From Camelus ferus (Eukaryota), in contig NC_045696.1 of the NCBI RefSeq assembly GCF_009834535.1, positions 91,390,001 through 91,454,000 of the forward strand: 64,000 bases of DNA, in the 5' to 3' direction. Below are positions 41,265-51,853 of this stretch, piece by piece. The position numbers and the translations under genes were made by a program. The notes under the pieces were generated by a model. It did not search any database. It had not been told where the DNA came from and saw nothing but the letters and a program-made list of their open reading frames with translations. Positions within the stretch are counted from its first letter, which is position 1, and each line of letters starts with the position of its first letter.

Positions 41265-41830
41265 ATCAATCCTCAGTGTGGTCCATGGACCCCTGAGACC
41301 CCTTCAGGGGATCTGCAAGATCAAAGCTGTTTTCACACTATTCACACATCATTGACCTTTCTCGCTGTGTTGACATTTGCACTGAAAGGACAGAAGCAGT
41401 AACGAGTAAAACTGCCAGTACCCTAGCACAAATTAAGACAGTGGCACCAAAATGTACTCATTGTGGTCTTCACCACCACAAGCTTGCAGGGGAAAAACCA
41501 AGCCAAAAGCTGGTTTCACTGAACTCAGGTTGGCACTATTGATATTTTGAGCCAGATGGCTCTTGGTTTTGGGGCTGTCCTGTGCACTGTAGGAGGTTTA
41601 GCAGCATCTCCGGCCTCTGCCCACTAGACACCACCAGCCCCTCCCCCCACTCCCCAGCTGTGACAACTAAAAGTGTCTCCAGACATCTTTCTTTTAGATT
41701 CTCAGTTTTAACTTAATATATGGTAAATATCAATAGATATAACTTAGACAAACAAAAATTCTTTGGGGTCTTCTATAATTTTTAAGACAGTAAAAAGTTC
41801 CTGAGACCAAAAAGTTTGAGACTTGCTGGT
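41265..41830. mobile_element. Charlie1-like fragment with nested MER20 (about 41515-41686)
   Basis: gtgttgacatttgcactga...gtaaaactgc Charlie-type sequence interrupted by ggggctgtcctgtgcactgtaggaggtttagcagcatc (MER20 core). Confidence 0.65.
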
Positions 41831-44800
41831 CTATTTTATATTTACAGAGTATGTATGATATTTATACCACTAAATAAAAAATAATTAAATGAAAAGGATC
41901 TCATGACCAATGATGAACAAGATAAAGGAAAAAGGAGTGGGAAAATAGGTGCCTGGTGGGTTTGCGATTTTGAACAGCAGGGGTTGAGGCGGGAATGGAG
42001 GTATAGCCAGCGAGAAGACAGCTTTAGAGACACGGGGGCAGTGTGACCTGGAGCAAGTTGGTCTTCTATCTGTGCCTCAGTTTCCTTCTTGTGAAGTGGC
42101 AGTGATCTCAGTACTTACCTCATAGTATTATTGGGAGGATTACATGAATAAATACATAAAAAGTGTATAGAATAGATTTGGCACTTAGAATAAGTACTCT
42201 CCATGGGCCAGCTATTATTGTTTTAATAATAAATAATCAATTTATGTCAGAAGAGATGAGGTCAAGCCTGCAGTTAAGGCACACAGGTGCTGCTGACCCT
42301 ATCCCCACAGTGGGATGACTGACAGCAGAAAAATGCAGTCAGTGGCCCCCAGAGACAAAATTTTGTGGAGCCAAAAAAGAAATCAGAATCTCCTAACCCT
42401 CTTCTTACCCTAACATCACACTTTCTAATCCAAAATCATATCTGTTACCCCTGTGAGGTACATGGACGTGCTCCAAAGTTTCAGAATAAACGATGTGAGG
42501 TTGGCTTGGTTTCATATGTTAGTTCCAGAGCAGTTATAACTTTTCTTGTTCCCGTGGTGTGATTAATTTTCCCTTCAGCTCAGTTTGGCTGCCAGAAGAC
42601 CATCCAGAATTGTGTTGATTTCAGCAATACCTACACAGCCATCCTCACTTCAGGAAGATGTATGCTTTCAAGAAAGTGCTTGCTAATTTTTATAGGGAGA
42701 AGAAGAATTAATGAAACCATAGGGACACTTTTTAAATAAGCAAATGAAATGTTTGTGGACTGGATTTTTTTTTTAATTGCCGAAGTAGAATCTGAATCTA
42801 AAATGGAGGATGTTACTTGAAATCTGAAATTGCCTTCCCTGTAGTAAAATGTCACACAGCTCCTGTGTCTCAGCTCTTATCTCTTCCGACTTCCCTGTAT
42901 CAATCAGGACACGTTTTACTGTAATTGTTTTCTGCAGTTACTGAGAATATTAGGTTTAGATTCTAAAACCTTGTTGAATTCAAATGTATTCTCTGTGAAC
43001 TCTGACCTGACTACACAATTCAACATTAACCCCTCTTTGTGGGTCTCCCCATTCTGCTTCATTATCCTTTGGGCACATTTCTCCATCCAACACACTGCAT
43101 ATTTTACATAGGTATTATGTTTATTGTATGTCTCCCTCATTACTGTGGCAAAGATTTTTACCCTTTTTTTCAATGCTGTGTTTCCTAACTTCTAAAACAG
43201 TGCCTGGCACATGGTACGGACGGACCCCCATAACCAGCTTTTGCTTTTAAATGAGGTGTGGAAAAACATCCCCGTCACATACAGAGCCTTTGTATGAATC
43301 AAAGTATCTATGTTGAAAAAGAATTAAACTCAAGAGCACTTCTGTCCTTCTGCAACCTGGCAGTTACATGAACCAAAGTACAAAATAGGCTATCAGGAAC
43401 TTGTTCCAATGGTGTTTATTTTTCATTCATCTAATATTGTTATCCTTCAATGAATAAATATCTCTTCAATTAGCTGTCCAGCTCACAGAAGCATAAGCCT
43501 CAGTCCCACATTACCCAGACAGAGTATTGAGCCCTAGGGGTTCTTGACAAATAGTTATTAAGGGACTGATTAGCAGATGCACCCCCTTCCCCAAGAGATG
43601 AGTTCCAATGCAATTGTGCAAGGAATCTTTGAAAACTAAGATGAGTATTAAAGACTAGGGAAGTTCACTACTTAAATCTGTTCTGTAATAAACATTTCTT
43701 ATAAGGCACAGAATTCCTTTGCAACTACATGCTTTATTTGTAAAGTCATATATTGGCATATAAGGTTTGCCTAAATCAGTGAATTGAGACATATACACCA
43801 GGTGTAGATGCTATAGACAGTTCTGTGCCAGGCTGACAATTGATGTATGAAAAGTAGCCCTTTTAGGAGACTTGAGTGGTACATGTAACCATTAGGGAAT
43901 TACAAATAGAAGGGGTGATTGTGGGTCCCTTAAAAGGCAGGGAACATTTCTCATTCACCTTTGTCGTCTAGCATCTAACACAGGTGTATTATAGTCATGC
44001 AGTATTGGTTTGGTGATTGAATAAAAGCATGAGTAAACAGAGGGATCAGATACAATCAAGTACTAAACAAGATTTTAAAAAAGAGTCTACAATGCAGTGA
44101 AAATTCAGGCAGAAGGCAGAAGGGATCACTGGGAACAGCTTCATGGAGGAGACAGGACAGGAGTTACATCTTGAAAGAAATGAAGGTTCCAAGTGCTAGA
44201 ACCAAGGGTAAAAGGGAATTCCTAGCTAGAAGAGTAATTTAGACCTGTGCATTTATCACTTAAAAGGATTTTGAGCATACCCTCCAATATATATTCACTT
44301 ATAATTATACATATTTTCTATTACACTGACATGAAAATTTTTAAATACATAAAAAATAAGATTTTAAAAGAGCAGTTGATGAAATAAGCAGATTTTAAAT
44401 TATTTTTTATTTATTTGTTAGTGGTATATCATTATTTATATTGGGCACAAATCAGCATTTCAAATAAACTTGATGATTTTGAAATTTTTTGGCTAACTTC
44501 TAGTGTTGGATTAAATTGCGTCACCTCATAATATGGCTGATGAGGAGTTCTAATAGCTATAGAAGACACGTCGGCTAAGCCATTTTCTTGTTATTCACTC
44601 ACGCCTGAGTTACTCATATTGTTCTTCATCTTCAGTTTCTTTGAAGGAACTTATTTAAGTCAATTGTGAGAGTTAACTTGATTAAAGCTAGGTAATAGCA
44701 TCTACTCATTCAACCAGGCACATAAAATATGCAACATGTTGACAGATGCTTAAAGTGAACAAATGAGTGAGGAGCTAAACCAGTGTGATACATGGCATCA

Positions 44801-45205
44801 TCTGACAGACAGATGGATCGAGGGTGCCATTGACCAGGCTTCCCCTGTGCACATGAAGTTAGTGAGTCACAGGCTTGGAGGCCTGGCCAGAGATGGGAAG
44901 GATGGATGTGTGGGGTCAGATCATTAATGGTGGCTGAGAGATTTGGACGTGGCAAGACAGACTCATGAGACTCTCTACATATTTTTAAGAAAGGAGTAAC
45001 AAGAAAAAGGCTTTATTTTTTTTAAAAATTGTCCTGGAAATCAGGAAAAAAATTAAAACCTCAAAGAAGCCAATTGAGAGGCATTATGAATGAAACTTAT
45101 TGTTGAGCTTCAGCTAGCTCTCTAAGTAAACTCTAAGAATTGTCATCTGCAGGTCCCAGGACTCTGATTTTCTTTAAAACTATAGACCTTATTTCTTTAT
45201 TGTTC

Positions 45206-45945
45206 ACCCCCCAGCTTTATTGAGATATAATTGACAAATAAAATTATAAAATATTTGAAGTATATAACACAATGATTTGATATACATATACCCTGTGAAA
45301 GGATTCCCCCCATCAAGTTAATTAACACACCCATTACCCCACATCTTTTAGCAAATTTCAATTACCCAATAGAGTGTTATCAACTATGGTCACCACGCCA
45401 AATACTAGATCTTAGACATTATTTATCTTATAACTGAAAGCTTGTACCATTTACCAACTTTTCCCTATTTTCCCCCCACCTACCAGCCCTTAGCAACCAC
45501 TTTTGTAGTCTCTGTTTCTATGGGTTTGACTTTTTTTTTTTTTAAGATTCCACTTATAAGAGATACTATGAAGTATTTGTCTTTCCCTGGCTTGTTTCAC
45601 TTAGCATAATGCCCTCCAGATTCATCCATGTTGTCACAAATGGCAGGATTTCCTTCTTTTTTTGGCTGAATAATTTTTCATTTTGTATATATATATACAC
45701 CACATTTTCTTCATGCATTCACCTGTCAGTGGACACTTGGGTTATTTCCATGTCTTGGCTATTGTGAATAATGCTGCTTTGAACATAGTAGTGCAGATAT
45801 CTCTTTGAGACAATGATTTTTTTCTTTTAGATCGATTCCCAGAAGTGGGATTGCTGGATCACATGGTAGTTCTATTTTTGGAGGAACCTCCATACTATTT
45901 TCTATAGTGGCTGTACCAGTTTCTATTACCAGCAACATTTGTACC
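45206..45945 (-). mobile_element. 5'-truncated L1 (L1MA-like 3' end), antisense, abutting the VEPH1 exon acceptor
   Basis: cagctttattgagatataattgac... is an L1 3' UTR. The minus-strand ORF remnant IELPCDPAIPLLGIDLKE is L1 ORF2-like. Confidence 0.9.
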
Positions 45946-45967
45946 TGCTCTTCATTGTTCTTGGCAG

Positions 45968-46188
45968 GAGAGAGCCAGGAGCTGCCTGCCTTTCCTGGTG
46001 GGTCAGCTGGCCAACATGGAGCACTCATTCCACCACATTCTCCTGCTGGAGATTAAAAGCATCACAGACACCTTCTCCTCCATCCTGGGCCCTCAGAGCA
46101 GAGACATCTTCCGCATGAGCAACAGCTTCACTGCCATCGCCAAGCTCCTGACCTGGCAGCTGGAAACCGCCAAGGCCAGAAGTGACAG
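45968..46188 (+). CDS. VEPH1: VEPH1 internal coding exon (about exon 7)
   Basis: ttcttggcag|GAG AGA GCC...GAC AG|gtgagc; 221 nt. Encodes ERARSCLPFLVGQLANMEHSFHHILLLEIKSITDTFSSILGPQSRDIFRMSNSF... Confidence 0.96.
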
Positions 46189-46454
46189 GTGAGCAGGAAT
46201 TCCTGGGTACCTCAGGGATCTCTTGTGAACCTATGGAGGTGCAGCACAAAAGGCTATGCTTTCTTTTGTGGGCATAAAAGTTCCCAAAGAAAGCCAAACT
46301 CACTATCTCAATATAGAGTAACTTCTGAATAAATTATATACTTGCTAGAATTTTTTCTAAATCTGTAAAAACCAGAATGTAACAAAAAAAATTCTAAAAC
46401 GTGCAGAAAATATGGCAAAGGAAAAAGACTATAGTACAAATAATAATTTTTATA

Positions 46455-47150
46455 GAACTCATTTATTTATTCAACAAGCATTTAACAATTGCCTTCTCTA
46501 TACCAGGAACTCTGCCTAAAAGCTAGACATATAGAGAAATAAAACATGTTCCTTTACCCAAAGAGCTCATTGTCTAGTGAGGAAATAAATGTTAAGTGGG
46601 TAATTAGAGAACAGTGGGAAAGTTATGCTAATTACGATGGTGTCAAGGAGTTTGGAACACAGAGATGGTGTATCTGACTTCTGCATGGAATGGAGAGGAG
46701 TGGAAAGCTGAGATCAGGGAATGCTTCCTAGAAGAGATGATATTTTGAACCAAATCTTGAAAGATGGCCAGATTGCACCAGGCTAGCTTTGGGGCAGTAT
46801 GTAAAAGAGAACAGCACTTTCTGGAAACAGAAGTCATTTTGTCTGGCTAGCGTGTGTGTTAACAAGAAGAGCAACATGAGATAACACTGATGGAGTGGTA
46901 GGCAGGGACCAGATGATGAAGGACATGGCATACCTTCTTAAGGAGTCTGAAGTTTATCCTGTAAACTGTGAGGAGTCATGGCAGGATATGACCAGAATTC
47001 ATGTTTGAGGAAGCTCACTCTGGCCCTGGTACAGGGAACATTGCAAGTGGAGGCAAACTGGAGTCAGGTGAAATGAAGGAAGGACAGAAAAGTGTCCACA
47101 AATATTGGCAACTAGAAAATTATTGATAATTGTGGTGAGTGAGCTGCCAG
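46455..47150 (-). mobile_element. L2 LINE fragment
   Basis: catttatttattcaacaagcattta... is an L2 3' end on the minus strand. Confidence 0.7.
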
Positions 47151-47349
47151 TGGTATGGCGGGGCATAAAACAGGATGCCTGGGACTGAAGGGAGAGAGTG
47201 GATACAAAAGCAAATCTGGCCCTTACAAGAAGTTTGTGGAGAAAAATCAAGAAGATCATGCAAGCTTGAGGGATGGGTTTTACTTTGTTGTGCTGTGTAT
47301 TGAATAGGGAGGCACTTGAAAAGTTTTATGACCTTTAGAAGTTATAAAG

Positions 47350-47500
47350 TATTTTCAGATTCATACCCTCATTTGATCCTCATGATTGCCCTACAATTTA
47401 AGAAGGGCAGTTATCATTATTCCTATTTTACAGAAGAAGAAACAGAAGCTCAGAGACTGGTTAAATCTCTTCCCAGGGTTACACAGTAACTAAGGGATAA
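47350..47500 (-). mobile_element. MIR SINE hosting the U6/L1 chimera
   Basis: catttgatcctca...cctattttacagaagaagaaacagaagctcagaga core. Confidence 0.8.
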
Positions 47501-47513
47501 AAGATGGCCTCAG

Positions 47514-47615
47514 GTGCTCATTTTAGCAGCACATACACTGAAATTGGAACAATGCAGAGATTAGCGTGGCCCCTGCACAAGGATGACATGCAAATTGTGG
47601 AGCATTTCATGTTTT
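47514..47615 (+). pseudogene. RNU6: U6 snRNA retropseudogene (near full length)
   Basis: gtgctcattttagcagcacatacactgaaattggaacaatgcagagattagcgtggcccctgcacaaggatgacatgcaaattgtggagcatttcatgtttt aligns end to end with U6. It shows CpG decay, an ACAGAGA box changed to GCAGAGA, and a 3-nt deletion after the box. Confidence 0.95.
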
Positions 47616-47722
47616 AAAAAAGAATATGAGAAAGTGTATATATGTATAACTGAATTACTATGCTGTACACTAGAAATTAACACAACATTGTAAATCAACT
47701 ATACTTCAATTAAAAAAAAAAA
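47616..47722 (+). mobile_element. L1 3' terminus and poly(A) fused to the U6 copy
   Basis: ...tgctgtacactagaaattaacacaacattgtaaatcaactatacttcaattaaaaaaaaaaa is near-identical to the L1 3' end at about 56100-56185. Confidence 0.9.
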
Positions 47723-49057
47723 AGGATGGCCTCAAATTTCAAATCCTATGCATTGGAATGTATTCAGTTGTGGACAAGGGACAGGGCCCATTTGATACTA
47801 GCATCAAATTTTGTTGAGTTTGGGGGGATTACAAATGATGCATATCATTTCCGGTCTAAAACAGGATTCCAAAAACATGAAAAGCCATCTTGACAAAATA
47901 GTGAGTATTTAGTCCCAAGGGTTCACTTTAGATTCAGCATGGCACAGAGCCTGGGGGTCCCAAGAGACATAAAACAAAACATAAGACATAAAATGCCATT
48001 CCTCAAGGGGCTCGCAGTCAAAGCATGAGCCAGGGTTTTAGTGGCAGTGTGTACAGCAGACTGTGGAGCATGAGAGATGGACAGCCAGGGAACCCAAGAA
48101 TGTCTCACAAGGAAGGTGAAATTTAAGTTCATTCTGTGTTTATTGAGTAGCTTCCATGTGCCAGGCATCTGCATAGGTACCAGATTAAGTTGTACAGAAT
48201 GAATGAAAGTTATGCAGATAAGGGTTGAAAGGATACCTGAAATAGAAAGGATGCCCCACACATGCAAAGATGAAAGAACTTAAGAGTGTGTGATCCAGAC
48301 TAAGGAAAAACAGTTGGTTCAACACGTATGGAGTGAATACATCAGTGGAGGGTGGGAGAGTAAACAGAAAAGTTAGGTCAGAGGTAGGTTCTCAGAGAAG
48401 CAAGGAGTTTGTCCTGTAAGCAACATGGAGGCTTGGAAAGATTTTAGTTCAGGGAATGAACACAGCTTCTAGCACAGTAATCAGCTGATAGTGGGCACTC
48501 AATAAATGCTTCTCTAGTAAAGGACTAAAGGATGAGAAAGTGGCTAACGAGTGGAGCCCTGAATGGATTTGGCTGGAGCTGCGGGCTGGCAAGAGAGAGA
48601 GTGGCCAGGATGCTGTTGTTGAAGCCTTGACAATAGGCTCCCTCCATTGTGAGGGAGGCCTAGGCTAAGTCAGCAGCAGGGAGCCTAAGAAGTCAGGACA
48701 GATCGATATAGTGAGCTAGCTTGGAATTATGAAGAAACGATTACTGGTGAGAGGTGGAGTGGGGAAAAAGGAAGGAGGGTGAGTAAAACCCAGAGCTATC
48801 TAGCTTGAGTGACTGCATACACATGGGAGAGGATGCTGATAACCAAGAAAAGACAGGAGGGGAGCCCATCTGGGAGGGCCTCTTGGCTCGTTCCACACAG
48901 AGAATATTTTCTGGCCAAGATGGTCTTCAGAGTCAACAATAGCTATTCATCTGAGGAAGACAGACGGTAAGTGCCCTTTTCTCTCAACACTGTAGTTTTG
49001 ATTGAGCATACAAAAATATGTTGTTGCCTGGTTCAATATAGGTGTAGATATATATAC

Positions 49058-49273
49058 CAGGGTTTATAACTTTGGTACTACTGAAATTTGGGTTAGATAA
49101 TTCTTGGTTGTGGGGCTGTTCTGTGCATTCTAGAATATTTACCAGCTTCCCTGGCCTCTACCCACTAGACACTAGTAGCAACCCTCCCCCTCAGTGGTGA
49201 TGACCAAAAATGTCTCCAGATATTGTTAAATGTCCCCTTAGAGACAAAAATCACCCCTAGTTAAGAACTATTG
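49058..49273. mobile_element. MER20 hAT-Charlie MITE with 8-bp TSD
   Basis: MER20 core, flanked by atatatac (49050-49057) and ctatatac (49274-49281). Confidence 0.9.
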
Positions 49274-51434
49274 CTATATACATGTCCCGTTCAAAAACAG
49301 CATCTTCACAGACTCATGAGCTGCCTGACAACAGCCTACACATGGCATCATCCAAGAAGTCCAAAGCCAACATCATGAAGGGATTTGTCATCTCTGTGCA
49401 AGCTCAAAGGCATTGCCAGCCAACTTTCATGATGTGGTTTCAGAAATTCAGCTTAGAAATTCTACAGCTGGGGTTCAAGGGAGCCACTTTGTATTCTGCA
49501 CACAGCCAGCCTGCTCATTTCTTCTTCCAGTGATGACCAGTGTGTGCATCAGAGGTGAGAGCTCAGGCCTGTATCCTGGCCAGCAGTCTGTCTGTTCTCT
49601 CTTGCCACTACACATGCAAAGCTGCAGGAGGTCAGTTGACTGTCTGTGAGATTACATGTGTGTAAAAGGTTTATATAAAAGAAAAACATGTTATACAAGG
49701 ATGTTACATTAGGCATTCTGACAGGAAAAATGATTCTTAATAAGTTGGCCCGATTCAATTAGCAGTAAACAATTTCCCCAAGAAAAGAATTTAGGAAATG
49801 TGTAGATAGGAGAAAAAAAATAAAGTCTCATTGTCAAAATAGGATCTGCATTGGGAAAATGCATCTCTCCTCCTTTTATTATTTTTCTGAGAAATAAATT
49901 AAATGTAAAAAGATAAAAGGTCACCACTCCCCTCATGTACCACCACCACCGCCACCACCTCAGGCTCTCTCAATTCAAAATATTTCACCCATTTCAACCC
50001 TCACTGTCAATCTCCTTCTAATCGATTGTAATTATTCGGTGGGAACCTAAAAAGGCTGGTGTGGACAGCCAGCCTTTTGTATCAGCTGCTCATCCTCTCT
50101 GGGATGGTTGCTAAGGCTTCTCTCCCAACATCTTTTCTCTGAATAGCCTTCATTGTGATCATTTAGCTTCAGTAATTTTAATCTGTGCTCCCCAAAGCAG
50201 AAAGGTCTACACTTCTGTCTAAAGCATCCAGCAAAGTCTGATCCTTACAATTGAAGGGGAAATGAATAAGAGAAGTGAGCTTGAAAGAAAATTAAAGATG
50301 ATAAAATTCAAAACAGATGTCATCTAATTTACAAATCTGACACATAGCCCAGCAGGCCAGATTTTAGACTTCAGGCCAAAATTACAAGACTATCAAAAGA
50401 AAAACAATTAGCATCCTAGAGAGAATGGAAAACTAAAGGAGATAGGAACCTCCTTTGTGCCAAATAACTGAATTAACTGGGTGAGTTTTATCTGATGCAC
50501 CAGGTAAGCACACTTGCACTTCTCTTTTTTCTATGTTTTAAGAAGAATGTTTATATCTAAATAATAAACCAACAGAGGCTAAATAACAGGACAGCCAAGA
50601 AAAATGTTTAGATGTGGAAATTAATTCTGGAGAAGCAAAAGAAAGATAACAGCAATTGTGGATTAAACTAGAGAACGTGTCCAGGTAGGAGAAAAGATCT
50701 ATACCTTTTGAAACTGTGTGAGCCCTCAGCAGCCTGCTGGGTAGCCACTAACCATTGAATCATTTGCTTGCCAGGACCCAGGGAAAGCTGGGGAAGGAGA
50801 GGGTGGCTCCTAGCAACTGTGTGCTAGCTGAGCAGTCAGTGATCGCTGGACTAGAAGACGCCTTTGCCAAATTCATGTTGTGCCAGGGAGGCTCCTCTAA
50901 TCAGGCACCATCAGAATTGGGGACAATTTGTCACAGGTGGTCTTGGTTGGAGGTTAGGCTCAGGCCCCAATTAGGGATGGAAGCTCTGAGGGATGGAAAT
51001 TGAGGAAAGAAAGCAGGGGTGGGGAGGTAAAAATAAATGAGGAAAGAGAGAGAGAAAGGAGTGCCAAAAGGAAGGCACCAGGGGAGAGCAGCGGGAGAGG
51101 AGAAGGGGCCCCTGACACAGCCCTAAGTCCCAGGCCTGGGTCACAATTCCCTCACATCCAGCTTTAAAACTCTAGCCAAAGCCATCAAAGTCACGGGGGG
51201 AAAAGTTACTTATAAGAAAAGTTTTAACACAAAGCATGTGATTAAAGGTTTGCCAAACCTCTGGCTTGGTTAAATGGGTGGTGCGTTCTTTGGTTGCTTT
51301 CGTGTTGATGGTAGTAGTGGTGAGACTGTCTTTATTCTTTGTTTTTAAGAATCAGGCAGGAGATGGTGGGGAGACAATGAAAGGTAAAATATAGTGAAAA
51401 CCAATTGGGTAAGTGTAAATCTGATTTTGGGGTA

Positions 51435-51853
51435 TAGGTATCCCTCACTTTTCAAAAGTTCACTTTACATCCCTTCACTTTTAGGGAAGACCTACATTAG
51501 TACAGTCGTCTTGGTTCCAAGACCCCCATGGATACCAAAGTCCATCCATCCTCAAGTTCCTCATATAAAATGGTGTAGCGCAGTTGCCCTCCAAGTATAG
51601 CCTAGTTCCGCATCCGTGATTTCAACCAATTACGGATCAAAAATTTGAAATTCAGTCTGTGGTTGGTTGAATCCAAGGATGCAAAACAGGGGATATGGAG
51701 AGATGATTGTACCTACTTTCACTAACAGAAAGAAATCCAAAGAGGATTTTTGCTTTTACCAAAAAGAGGGTAATTGCTTCTTCTCTTTGTATCTTTTCAG
51801 TTTAGGAAAGGTTTCATAGGAGCCCTTTACTTTCGGATAATGGGGGAAACCTG
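51435..51853. mobile_element. Tigger-family MITE with a nested MER2-like element at 51503-51709
   Basis: Outer TIRs taggtatccctcacttttc / gataatgggggaaacctg. The inner element cagtcgtc...gatgattg is flanked by TA on both sides. Confidence 0.8.

Noticed and set aside
44240..44700. Possible DNA-transposon or pseudogene remnant
   Set aside because: AT-rich and transposon-like, but I could not assign termini or a family without a search.
47514..47615. Functional U6 snRNA gene
   Set aside because: The ACAGAGA box is mutated, there is an internal deletion and CpG decay, I see no PSE/TATA upstream, and it has a TSD and an L1 tail.
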